In this document: positions 1-11,365 of the stretch, piece by piece
Layout of the letters: each line of letters begins with the position of its first letter
Numbering within the stretch: position 1 is the first letter of the stretch
NCBI RefSeq assembly: GCF_030028105.1
Contig: NC_092382.1
Span: 100,890,699-100,954,698, forward strand
From: Mobula birostris
Taxonomy: Eukaryota
Direction of reading: 5' to 3'
Length of the DNA stretch: 64,000 nt
Notes under the pieces: generated by a model
Told to the model about the DNA's origin: nothing
The model's database searches: none
The model's input: the letters and a program-made list of their open reading frames with translations, nothing else
Position numbers and translations under genes: made by a program

Positions 1-698
1 TGAACCCCACAACGCAAAGTAGCAGACAGTACACCATATGCGATTTAATGACACACTTTATAAGTATTTCTTGGTGATGGGTGAGTAGAAACAAGTACAA
101 TAAAGGCGCCAAGTCAGTAACTCTATCAGTTCTGTGCACAAATAATTCGTTGGAGCTCCTACAGAACCGGGTCTCCCTTTCCTCCAGTCGATGTCCTCAG
201 AACTCCGCCGACCCTCGAATGGGATCACACGAGGTTGTCCTCGTCTCCGCCGCTCGCCGAAGACCCTGGGCCTCGGACTCCCGCCCGGGCTCCTTTCCGT
301 CGCCCAGCTTACAGCATCGCGTCTGCTCTCTCTGTCCTCATCGCGCCTTCTCCCCAAATCCCGCGAAAACAATAGCTTACAAACACACAAGAAAGAATAA
401 CATCCATCCCAATTGGTTTGCAAATGAATGCAGTTCCCGTTATCAGTAATTATAACCCAGACATGCTGCTGCCGTGAATCACTGTCACAGCAGTTAACAG
501 TACAGAGAAGCCACTTTATTATACCTAACAAAGAAACCATTTTATTAGCTTCAGCAGTAATACAAAAGAAGAAACTCGTTACATGTGTCTCTGTTGTCAG
601 TCATGTATTGGCTACGAGTGACGTGCCTTCAACAGCAAACGTCACTTCCTCTCTTCCCATCCACCCCTTCTTCCCAGCACTACCAGTCAACAGTAGTC

Positions 699-741
699 GT
701 TTTTTGTGGCGTCCCCCCCCCCATTTTTCTCAGGCACTGTG
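699..741 (-). other. RSS of V1 with abnormal 27-bp spacer
   Basis: CACAGTG (741-735), 27-nt spacer containing a 10-G run, ACAAAAAAC (707-699). Confidence 0.8.
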
Positions 742-1753
742 ACGCCTCCAGGCGCAGATGTACAGGGCCGACTGACTGGCCCAAACGCCGCCGGATTCCA
801 GAATGAACCTTCGTTTTTCAGGCCTCCTGCCGGTGAAAGCATCGATGGGCTTATCCGGATCCACAGCGTGTGCAAACATAGAGTAGAACAGATTCTGCGG
901 AGCCGCTCCCGCGTGTTGGCGATGCCAGTACAGTTTGGGATCGCCGCTGCTCACGTTCACGGTGCAGCTCAGTGCGACTGGCTTCCCGGGCAGTGCGGAC
1001 GCGGCGGGCTGTGTCTGCTGGATGTCCCCACGCATTCACGGCTGGCAGGGAGAATCGGAGAGAGTCAAGGTCACTGAGCATGGGGAGCCGGGGTGTAAGG
1101 AGACACCGCGATTGATGAACGGAGAAATCGGGAGCAGATGCGAGATGGAGGGGTGTGACTGGCGCGGAGAGAAAATGGGGGATGGGGTGGGAGAAAGAGA
1201 GAGAGAGATATCGATGGATAGATAGAGATGAAGATAGATAGATAGAGATAAATAGATCAATAGGGAGAGATAAATAAGTAGAGAGATAAATAGATAGACG
1301 GCGATAATTCCACAGATAAAGAGATAAATAGATAGAGAGCGACAATTAGATAGAAAGATAAACAGATAGAGAGATGAGCAGAGGATATTGGTAAACGAGT
1401 GAGAAAGATCGGGAATTTTGAAAGAAAAAAAGAGATGGGGGACTGACTGGAAGAAGCGGACCAGTCGGCCACGATTTTCCTGCTAGCACCCGCGCAGTCG
1501 TGAAGAATTAAGCCCGAACTGAATATTAATTTCAAACGTATTGCAACATATACCCTTAAAACAATGCAAATAAAGTAGCAAATATTACGAGATATCTGAT
1601 TTGCGCAGAAATGGAATACAGTATCTTCATATTTGCGGATTTGAAGATCTTAATTTCTCAAGGATCGAGTATTCAAATTTTAGACTTGGCAGCAGGGTTT
1701 TACTGACCTGGACAATGAAGAATGAAACCCAGTATGACGGCGTAGTTTCTCAT
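742..1753 (-). pseudogene. TRBV: V1, family A TCR V segment with +1 frameshift in FR1 (could be a homopolymer error)
   Basis: Leader 1753-1708 MRNYAVILGFILHCP + phase-1 GTCAGT donor; acceptor AG 1043-1042; V exon 1041-742. After VNAW an extra G in the GGGG run (1026-1029) shifts the frame; the other frame reads DIQQTQPAASALPGKPVALSC..LYWHRQHAG..ALYICAWRR. Confidence 0.85.
1195..1400. repeat. Degenerate (GA)n/(GATA)n microsatellite in the V1 intron
   Basis: Runs of gagagaga and gatagatagataaatagata. Confidence 0.85.
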
Positions 1754-1841
1754 TTTAGGGATTTATCAGCCGTCTCAGAATCTTGGTCCAACCCTGAATC
1801 TATCTGTGGTGAAGCGGAGACAAAGTTAGCAAACGTGCGTT

Positions 1842-1852
1842 GTGATTGGCTC
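1842..1852 (-). promoter_or_regulatory. Family A promoter CCAAT box (GAGCCAATCAC)
   Basis: Same 11-mer upstream of the leaders of V2 (4770-4780), V4 (12608-12618), V7 (20067-20077), V10 (29714-29724), V14 (45477-45487) and V18 (57441-57451); variant at V5 (14691); mutated to CCGAT at V3 (8906-8916). Confidence 0.7.
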
Positions 1853-2164
1853 GCCGCCGTCCAACCCGCAGCCGAAAAACCGGCAGGGCTATGTGACGTT
1901 CTTTATCTCGCCCCGCCGTGACGCATGAATGGAAAAAAAGACCACAAAGATTTTATTCACATAAATTGTGAACCCCGGCTATCGGAGTGAGCGTGGCCCC
2001 GCGATCTTCTTCACAGAGCCTGTTGGGATCGGTTTAATCTTCGCTCTGGAAACCTCAGCGAGCAGAACCTGTTTCAGCCGTGTACGTGACGCCAAACAGT
2101 CCGCAGTGTCTCCTCCACAGGAATCCCGGTGATGTGTTGGACCCCTCAAGGCCGCGCCTCTCAA

Positions 2165-2955
2165 GCAGTCAAAGAAACATAGAAACGTAGAATACCTACA
2201 GCACAATACAGGCCCTTCGGCCCACAAAGCTGTGCCGAACATGTCCTTACCTTAGAAATTACTTCTATTTTAGCCCTCTATTTTCTGAGCTCCACGTACC
2301 TGTTCGGGGGTCTCTTAAAAGTCCCTATCGTTTCCGCCTCCACCACCGCTGCTGGCAGCCCATTCCATGCACTCACCGCTCTCTAAGTAAAAAACTTACC
2401 CCTGACATCTCCTCTGTACCTACTCCCCAGCACCTTAAACCTGTGCCTTCTCGTGTTAGCCATTTCAGCCGTGGGGAAAAGCCTCTGACTATCCACACGA
2501 TCAATGTCTCTCATCACCTTATACACCTCTATCAGGTCACCTCTCATCCTCCGTCACTCAAAGGAGAAAAGACCGAGTCCACTCAACCCATTCTCCTAAG
2601 GCATGCTCCCCAATCCAGGCAACATCCTTGTAAATATCCTCTGCACCCTTTCTATGGTTTCCACATCCTTCCTGTAGTGAGGCGACCAGAACTGAGCACA
2701 GTACTCCAAGTGGGGTCTGACCAGGGTCCTATATACCTGCAACATTACCTACCAGTTCTTAAACTCAATCCCACGGTTGATGAAGGCCAATGTACCGCAT
2801 GCCTTCTTAACCACAGAGCCGACCTGCTTAGCAGCTTTGAGTGTCCTATGGACTCGGACCTCAAGATCCCCCTGATCCTCCACACTGCCTAGAGCCTTAC
2901 CATTAATAGTATATTCTGCCATCATATTTGACCTACCAAAATGAACCACCTCGCA
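2165..2955 (-). mobile_element. CR1-clade LINE 3' fragment
   Basis: Minus-strand RT C-terminal remnant (GSVEDQGDLEVRVHRTLK..AFINRGIEF) and the acatagaa..ctacagcacaatacaggccc 3' end shared with other copies. Confidence 0.85.
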
Positions 2956-3040
2956 CATAGAAGCATAAAAACATTGAAAACCTACAGCATAATACAGGCC
3001 ACACACATCAAAGTTGCTGTTGAACGCAGACTGGGACGGG

Positions 3041-3076
3041 AGTCCTGACGAAGGGTCTCGGCCTGAAACGTCGACT
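3041..3076 (+). ncRNA. Minimal type I hammerhead ribozyme motif, copy 1
   Basis: AGTC-CTGACGA-AGG(GTCTCGG)CCT-GAAAC-GTC-GACT: stem I AGTC/GACT, core CUGANGA and GAAA, GUC triplet, palindromic ACGT helix III. Confidence 0.75.
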
Positions 3077-3095
3077 GTACCTCTTTCTAGAGATG

Positions 3096-3131
3096 AGTCC
3101 TGACGAAGGGTCATGGCCTGAAACGTTGACT
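3096..3131 (+). ncRNA. Minimal type I hammerhead ribozyme motif, copy 2
   Basis: AGTC-CTGACGA-AGG(GTCATGG)CCT-GAAAC-GTT-GACT, with a GUU triplet. Confidence 0.65.
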
Positions 3132-4045
3132 GTACCTCTTCCTAGAGATGCTGCCTGGCCTACTGCATTCACCAGCAACTTTGATGTGTGTTGCTTGAAT
3201 TTCCAGCATGAATTCCTGTTGTTTGCATAATACAGGCCGTTCATCCCACAAAGTTGTGACGAACATTCCCTACCTTAGAAATTGCTAGGCTTACCTATAG
3301 CCCTCTATATTTCTAAGCTCCATGTACCTATCTAAAAGTCTCTTAAAAGACCCTGCCGTATCCATCTCCACCACCGACGCCGGCAGCCCATTCCATCCAC
3401 TCACCACTCTCTGCGTAAAAAATTTACCCCTGACATCTCCTCTGTACCTACTTACAAACACCTTAAAACTGTGCCCTCTCGTGCTAGCGATTTCAGCCCT
3501 GGGAAAAAGCTTCTAACTATCCACACGATCAATGCCTCTCATCATCTTATACACCTCTATCAGGTCACCTCTCATCCTCCGTCGCTCCAAGGCGAAAAGG
3601 CCGAGTTCAACTTAAACTATTCTCATCAGGCATGCTCTCCAATCCAGGCAACATCCTTGTAAATCTCCTCTGCAACCTTTCTATGGCTTCCAAATCCTTC
3701 CTGTGGTGAGGCGACCAGAACTGAGCACAGTACTCCAAGTGGGGTCTGACCAGGGTCCTATATACATGCAACATTATCTCTTGGCTCTTAACCTCAATCC
3801 CACAATTGATGAAGCACAATACACCGTATGCTATCTTAACCACATATGGACGGATGCATAAACAAGCCGGGAATGTAGGAACATGGACCGTAACCAGATG
3901 GGTTCTGTTTAATTGATATCATTTCCTGCACTGTCTGGTTCCATTTTGTACGTTCCTCTGCGGTGAACTACGCGATCTGTAAGTGCGACGTCATCGCAGC
4001 AGTGAACGTCATTTCCCATTCTCCCCCGTCATAGTCGACAGTAGA

Positions 4046-4084
4046 GGATTTTGCCGCGTCGACCCATTTCTCTGAGACACTGTG
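4046..4084 (-). other. 23-RSS of V2
   Basis: CACAGTG-23-GCAAAATCC. Confidence 0.9.
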
Positions 4085-4604
4085 TCGACTCCAGGCGCAG
4101 AGGTACACGGCCGAGTGAATCGCCCTGAGTTCGTCGGTTCTCAGAATGAAGGTCTTCTCCTCAGGCCTCTTGGCGATGAATCCTTCGATAGGTTTGTGCG
4201 GAGTGACTGTGTCCTTTAACCCGGAGTAGAACAGGTTCTGTGGAGCCTCTCCCGGGTATTGACGGTACCAGTACATGTCAGGATTGTTGCTACCACCGGA
4301 CAAGTCGCATTTGAGCTCGACAGGTTGCCCGGGTAGAGCGGAAACGGCGGGCGGTGTCTGAACGATCGTCCAAGAATTCACTTCTAGTGGAGAGAGGTGG
4401 ACAGGGTGATGATGGAGAGCCGGGGACTAAGGCGATAGCATTATTGATGCACGGGGAAAGCACATTTAGGTAGAAGCATAATTATGCAGTATGTATGATC
4501 TGATGAGATTAATTTATCAAACATAGAATGTTTTGAATTGCTATCCAGGTTTACTTACCCGGGCAGTGGAGAATGAAACCCAGTAAAACGCCGAGGATTC
4601 TCAT
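4085..4604 (-). CDS. TRBV: V2, family A TCR V segment, apparently functional
   Basis: Leader 4604-4559 MRILGVLLGFILHCP + GTAAGT; V exon 4383-4085 EVNSWTIVQTPPAVSALPGQPVELKC..MYWYRQYPG..SAVYLCAWSR is open, with both Cys and the Trp intact. Confidence 0.9.
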
Positions 4605-5379
4605 TTTGGGGATTTCGCGGCCGTCGTAAACATTTGTCTCAGTATCTGGTGTTAGTGGAACGGGGAGTGGCGCAGGCAGTGAAGGCGACCAGCTCTTGTT
4701 CCAACCCTGAATCTATCTGAGCGGGAGGTAGTCTGAGGTGGAGTGAGACAAAGTCAGTAAACGTGCGTTGTGATTGGCTCGCCGCCGTCCAACCCACAGT
4801 CGGGAAACCGCCCTGGCGATGGGATTTTCTTTATCTCGCCCGGCCGTGAAGCGTTAATGTCAGATGCGCAAGAGACGTTGGAAAAAAAGACCAGAAATTT
4901 CCGAACTGCGTTTATGGAAGCAGATTTATTTTGTTCGATAAATGCTGTTCCACCCTCTCATCTCCTCAAATTGGTTTCCATTTTACAGTGCATTGCGTTA
5001 AAGGAGAATGTTACAAGCTAAAATGTGCGCAGGGTGTATTGTTACAGCTTTTTATCGCTTTAAGACACTGAAGAGTGAACAATGCAGCCCAAGGACAGAC
5101 TTTCGGCCCGCCGGGTCTCTGCTGACAAATTTTGGCAGCACTTTTGTCCGCGCTCGCTTCTTGTCCTGATCATTCGCCTGCCCAAATCACTCCCGCTGTC
5201 GTGCCTCCATCCCACGCGATCTGTGAGCACCACCGCCCTGTGAGGTATAAAAACCTCACCTCGCCAAAATCTTCATTAAACTCGAACCACAGCGGCATCA
5301 CCTGCAACATGCGCCCCCTAGTGGTTGACATCTGCATGCCGAGGAAGGAGGATCTGACAATTTCCACTCAAAATTACAA

Positions 5380-5457
5380 TTCGGTTCATTTTCACCGGCA
5401 TGTGACGTGAAATTTGTTAACTTAGCAGCAGCCGTTCAATGCAATGCGCAATCTAGC

Positions 5458-5488
<31 letters not shown>

Positions 5489-6110
5489 GAGACAGAGAGA
5501 GAGAAATAAATAAAATAAAACAAAATAATAAATAAGTAATGAATTACCTGTATTGAATAGATTATTTAAAAATGTCCAAAAGCATAAATACTGTCTGTTT
5601 AAAAGAATGAGGTAGTGTCCAAAGCTTCAAAATCCATTTAGGAATCGGACAGCAGAGCGAAAGAAGCTGTTCCTGAATCGCTGAGTGTGTGCCTTCAGGC
5701 TGCTGTACCTCCTGCCTGATGGTAACAGTGAGAAAAGGGACATACCCTGGGTGCTGGAGGGTCCTGAACAATGGACTCTGTCTTTCTGAGACACCGCTCC
5801 CTGAAGATGTCCCCGGGTACTTTGTAGGTGAGAGCCCAAGATGGAGCTGACTAGATTAACAACGCTCTGCAGCTTCTTTCGGTCCTGAACAGTAGCCCCT
5901 CCATACCAGACAGTGATGCAGCCTGTCCGAATGCTCCCCACAACTAGAGAAGTTTTTGAGTGCATATGTTGACATGCCAAATCTCTAAAAACTCTTAAAT
6001 AACAATAGCCGATATCTGACTTTCTTCATGACTACATCAATTTATTGGGACGAGGTTAGATCCTCAGAGTTCTTGACACCCAGGAACTTAACGCTGCTCA
6101 CCCTCTCCGC
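5380..6110 (-). mobile_element. Rex1/Babar-like non-LTR retrotransposon 3' fragment
   Basis: ORF 5627-5980 CITVWYGGATVQDRKKLQSVV..LLPSGRRYSSLKAHTQRFRNSFF. Related minus-strand fragments at about 9525-9970, 13205-13640 and 30785-31085. Confidence 0.75.
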
Positions 6111-7344
6111 TTCTGATCCGTTTTTGAGGATCGGTACAGGAGGGGTGACCACAGCTTTGATCGATAGTCTTCAGAGACTTTCTGTCTGTCGTCAGCGGTC
6201 GGATAACCAGAACGTGTGTTCTGCGTACGACCATCCAGCAGCTGCCCCGCTTTCCTCCATGGCTTCACGTGACCCTGATCGGGGGAGGGTGGCTCCGCCG
6301 CTGCCGCATCTTGCCCAACGGTGACCTGCGGGCTGGCAGAGGGAAGGAGCGCCTTACCGCTGCCTTGGTGGAGACGGATCTCCAACCGCCGCCCAGGTTG
6401 GAGATAAAGCTCTCCAGGCAAGACGGCGCCCGATCTCGCATTTCACTCCCTTCCTGTCATGGGACGAACCGAAAAGCGAGCATTTCTCTTTCTCGGGCGT
6501 GGACACGGATAGGAATTCATGCAGATGCGACACGATCTCCAGACCTGTGATGCCTCTGGGCCTGCGCCCCCTGGCGGTCCGAAGGCTGAGGAGGGGTTCG
6601 CATTGAAACCTGCCGAATATCGGAAGTTCAGATAGAGCGGACGGTGACAGGAAATTTCGTACGGTGGGGGAGTCCAGGAGCAGAGTTCCCGGTTGTTGAT
6701 TAGACGTACGTCCATTTGGAACAGAGACAGGCAGGAATTACTGAAGCCGAGCGTGGGGAATCTGCGGAAGCCCTAATCACAGCCGGCTGCGGAGGTCACC
6801 TCATTGTCCATGTTTTAAGCGGAGTTCAACAGGGCGTGAATTGGTAATGACATGAAAGGGTGCGACAAGAAGCTGGAGAATAGGGCTGAGAGGGTTAATA
6901 AATCAGCCACGAAGGAATGACGGTGCAGACGTGATCAGCCGATCGGCCTATTTCATCCAATGTCACCTCCTCGTATTAATAATAACACGCAAACACGGTT
7001 TGAGCCGAAATGCTTGTTTCGATGTTGCATTGCTCTCCGAAGGAGGCTTCTCACCTACCTTTCTTCTTTACCAGGTATGCTAGCGGGCGGGTTGGTCCTT
7101 CCTCAGATGTTATCGGGTCTGCTGCGCATTTTCGAGCGCATCCCGGTTTTAGGGTCATAGGGAACGGGAACATTTGAACAGCCTATCGGGACTGTGCCGG
7201 GTTATTGTTCTGGCTAGTCCCGTCGAACTGGACCACAGGCTACCAACCACCCGTCCCCTCCCATCCCTGTAAAAATCCAGCCTTCCAAGGGCACGTTTCT
7301 GAAACGCGCTGACAGTGGTAGAGCTGGCGGGTGTGATAAGAGAC

Positions 7345-7970
7345 AGAGAAACATAGAAAACCTACAGCACAATACAACCCCCTTGGGCGCAGAAATCTGA
7401 GACAAACATGGTCTTACTTCAGAAATTACCGAGGGTTACCCTTCGCCCTCTAGTTTTGTAAGTTCCATGTACCTATTCAGCAGTTTCGTAAAAGACCCTA
7501 TCGTATCCGCCTCCACCACAGTCGCCGGCAGCCCATTTCACGCACTCACCACTCTTGGAGTAAAAAACTTACCCCTGACATCTCCTCTATACCTACTTCC
7601 AAACACATTAAAAATGCGCGCTCTCGTGCTAGCCATTCCAGCCTTGGGTAAAAGCCTCTGACTATCCACACGATCAATGCCTCTCATCATCTTATACACT
7701 TCTATCAGGTCACCTCTCACCCTCCGTCGTTCCAAGGAGAAAAGGCCGAGTTCACTCAACCTATTCTCATCAGGCATGCTCCCCAATCCAAGCAACATCC
7801 TTATAAATCTCCTCTGCACCGTTTCTATGGTTTCCGCATCCTTCCTGTAGTGAAGCGACCAAGTGGAATCTGACCAGGGTCCTATATAGATGCAACATTA
7901 TCTCTCGGCTCTTAAACTGAATCCCACGATTGATGAAGCACAATACACCGTATGCTATCTTAACCACATA
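7345..7970 (-). mobile_element. CR1-clade LINE 3' fragment
   Basis: LSELGLFSLERRRVRGDLIEVYKMMRGIDRVD (ORF 7538-7819). Confidence 0.85.
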
Positions 7971-8169
7971 TGGACGGATATGTAAGCGAGCCGGGAATGG
8001 AGGAACATGGACCGATTCCAGATGGGTTTTGTTTAATTGATATCATTTCCTGCACTGTCTGGTTCCATTTTGTACGTTCCTCTGCGGTGAACTACGCGAT
8101 CTGTAAGTGCGACGTCATCGCAGCAGTGAACGTCATTTCCCATTCTCCCCCGTCATAGTCGACAGTAGA

Positions 8170-8208
8170 GGTTTTTGCCGCGTCGACCCATTTCCCTGAG
8201 ACAATGTG
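8170..8208 (-). other. 23-RSS of V3 (variant heptamer)
   Basis: CACATTG-23-GCAAAAACC. Confidence 0.85.
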
Positions 8209-8739
8209 TCGACTCCAGGCGCAGAGGTACATGCCCGAGTGAATCGCCCTGAGTTCGTCGGTTCTCAGAATGAAGGTCTTCTCCTCAGGCCTCTTGGCGA
8301 TGAATCCTTCGACAGGTTTGTCCGGAGTGACTGTGTCCTTTAACCCGGAGTAGAACAGGTTCTGCGGAGCCTCTCCCGGGTTTTGACGGTACCAGTACAT
8401 GTCAGGATTGTTGCTACCCCCGGACAAGTCTCATTTCAGCTCGACAGGTATCCCGGGTAGCGCGGAAACGGCGGGCGGTGTCTGAACGATCGTCCAAGAA
8501 TTCACTTCTAGCAGAGAGAGGTGGACAGTGTAATGGTCAGTGGTCAGGGGGAGCCGGGGACTAAGGCGATAGCGGTATTGATGCACGGGGAAAGCACATT
8601 TAGGTGGAAATATAATTATGCAATATGCATGGGTTTGAAGGAATTAATTTCTCAAACATTCAATATTTTGATTTGCCGTCGGGGTTTACTTAACCGGGCA
8701 GTGGAGAATGAAACTCAGTAAAAGGCGGAGGATTCTCAT
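8209..8739 (-). pseudogene. TRBV: V3, family A V pseudogene
   Basis: Leader 8739-8694 with donor mutated to TTAAGT; first Cys codon TGC->TGA at 8433-8431; otherwise nearly identical to the V2 exon (8507-8209). Confidence 0.9.
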
Positions 8740-10424
8740 TTTGGGGATTTCGCGGCCGTCGTAAACACTTGTCTCCGTATCTGGTCCTAGTGGAACGGGG
8801 AGTGGCGCAGGCAGTGAAGGTAGACAGCTCTTATTCCAACCCTGAATCTATCTGAGCGGGAGGTAGTCTGCGGTAGAGTGGTGACAACGACGGCAAGCGT
8901 GCGTTGTGATCGGCTCGCCGCCGTCCAACCCACAGTCGAGAAACCGCCCTGCCGATGAGACTTTCTTTATCTCGTCCAGCCGTGAAGCGTGAATGTCAGA
9001 GGTGCATGAGACGTTGGAAAAAAGACCACAACCTATGAGAGCAAAGATTGCATTCACAGTTACTTTGTTCGACAAATGGTGGTCCACCCACTCAGTTCCT
9101 CAAATGGTTTATTGGTTTCAATTTTACAGTGTATTGCGTAAAAGGCGAATCTTACAAGCTAAAATGTGCGCAGGTCGTATTGGTACATCGTTTCATCGCT
9201 TTAAGACACTGAAGAGGGAACAATGCAGCCCAAGGACATATTTTCTGTCCGCCGGGTCCCTATTGCCCAATTTAGGCAGAACTTTCGTCCGCGCTCTCTT
9301 CCTGTCCTGATTATCCGCTTGCCCAAATCACTCTCGCTGTCGTGCCTGCATCCCACGCGACCTGTGAGCACCACCGCCCTCTGAGGTGAAAAAATAAAAA
9401 CACACCTCGCCAAATCTTCGTTAAACTCGAACCACAGCGGCAGCACCTGCAATATGCGCCCCCTGGTGGTTGACAGCTGCATAGCGAGGAAGGAGGATCT
9501 GAGAATTTCCACTCAGAATCAGAGTCAGGTGCATTATCACCGGCATGTGACGTGAAATTTGGTAACTTAGCAGGACCAGTTCAACGCAATACATCATCTA
9601 ACAGAGAAAGAAAAAAGTAATAAATAAAATGAAACAAAATAATAAATAAACAAGTAAAGCGATTACATGTATTGAATAGATTATTTAAAAATGACCAAAA
9701 CCAGAAGTACTGCATATTTAAAAAAAAAACGAGATAGCGTCAAAAGCTTGAAAATCCATTCAGGAATCGGACGGCAGATGGGAAGAAGCTGTTCCTGAAT
9801 CGCTGAGTGTGTGCTTTCAGGGTTCTCTGTCTCGTACCCGATGGTAACAGTGAGAAATGGGCATGCCCTGGGTGCTGGAGGGTCCTTAATAATGAGACGC
9901 TGCCTTTCTGAGACATCGTTCCATGAAGACGTCTTGGGCATTTTGCAGGTTAGTACCCAAGATGGAGCTGACTAGATTTGCTTAAGGAATTTCCTTAAGC
10001 AGAGCGCGGGTAATCTGCGGTAGGCGCGAACCAGAGACGGCTGTGGAGGTCATCTCCTGTTTTAAGCGGAGTTCAACAGGGCGTTAATTAGTAATGACGG
10101 CAAAGGGTGCTACCAGAAGCAGGAGAAATGGGTTGCGAGGGATACTAAATCAGCCACGAAGGTGTGGCTGTGCAGATATGATGAGCCTATCGGCCTAATT
10201 TCATTGAATGTCACCTCCTCGTATTAATAATAACAGGCAAGGACGCTTTGGGCCGAAAGGCCTGATGCGATGTTGTATTACTCTCCGAAGGAAGCTTCTC
10301 ACTTCCATTTCTTCATTACCAGGTATGCAGGCGGGCGGGGTGGTCCTTTCTCAGATGCTGTCGCGTCTGTTGAGAATTATCGAGCGCATTGCGGTTTCAG
10401 GGTCGTATGGAACCAGAAAACATA

Positions 10425-10765
10425 GAATAGTGCAGCACATTACAGGCCCTTCGGCCCACAATGTTGTGCCGACCCTCAAACCCTGCCTCCCATATAACCC
10501 CCCCCCCCGCAACCTTAATTTCCACCATATACCTGTCTAGTAGTCTCTTAAACTTCACTAGTGTATCTGCCTCCACCACTGACTCAGGCGGTGCATTCCA
10601 CGCACCAGCCACTCTCTGAGTAAAAAGCCTTCCTCTAATATCCCCTTGAACTTCCCACCCCTTACCTTAAAGCCATTTCTTCTTGTATTGAGCAGTGGTG
10701 TCCTGGGGAAGAGGCGCTAGCTATCCACTCTATCTGTTCCTCTAATTATCTTGTACACCTCTATC
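10425..10765 (-). mobile_element. CR1-like LINE 3' end
   Basis: acatagaatagtgcagcacattacaggcccttcggccc tail and AWNAPPESVVEADTLVKFKRLLDRYM. Confidence 0.7.
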
Positions 10766-11077
10766 AATGCCTATCGGAACTGTGCTGGACTGTTGTTCTG
10801 ACTAGTCCTGTCGATCAGGACCACAGGCCACCAACCATTCGCCCCATCCTGAACATGTAACGAGACAAAAACTTCCACTGCCTATCATCCAACAGGAAAT
10901 ACGTCATTAAGGTGTGGGGTCCATTTGTGCAAAAATATGATCCACCGGGATGTTGGCTGGATTATAGGGAATGAGCTACATCGAGAGTTCAGACCAAATT
11001 GGATTGTTCACGCTGGAGCGGCGGAGACCTACCGGGCCCCTGGTAGATATTTATAAGCTTCCTATAGAGATAGATGT

Positions 11078-11365
11078 GTGTTGGCGCGTGGCCAAGTCGT
11101 TAAGGCGTTCGGCTAATGATTTCACTGTCGCTGGTTCGAGCCTTGGCTGAGGTGACGTGTTGTGTCCTTGAGCAAGGCACTTAACCACCGGTGCCAAGCT
11201 GTATGGGTCCTAATGCCCTTCCCTTGGACAACATCGGTGGCGTGGAAAGGAGATACTTGCAACATGGGTAATTGCTGGTCTTCTACACAAATTTGCACGC
11301 GTCTGCGCTCTGGAAACCTTGCGAGGCGCAAATCCGTGGTCTCATGAAACTAACGGATGCCTATT
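11078..11365 (+). mobile_element. tRNA-derived SINE (same family as 15971-16281)
   Basis: A box TGGCCAAGTCG, B box GGTTCGAGCC, central GTGTTGTGTCCTTGAGCAAGGCACTTAACC, tail ACTAACGGATGCCT. Confidence 0.8.

Larger units (their letters stand above)
3001..3224 (+). mobile_element. 224-bp Penelope-like pLTR mini-element with two hammerhead motifs
   Basis: 14-bp direct repeat GCATAATACAGGCC at 2987-3000 and 3225-3238; 19-bp inverted repeat 3001-3019 / 3173-3191; 55-bp tandem duplication carrying CTGACGA..GAAAC. Confidence 0.75.
2955..3845 (-). mobile_element. CR1-clade LINE 3' fragment, interrupted by the 3001-3224 insertion
   Basis: YRTLVRPHLEYCAQFWSPHHRKDLEAIERLQRRFTRMLPG (ORF 3607-3843). Confidence 0.85.

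Noticed and set aside
1564-1571. Octamer ATGCAAAT suggesting an Ig promoter
   Set aside because: It lies inside the V1 intron, not upstream of the leader, and is not repeated at other V promoters.
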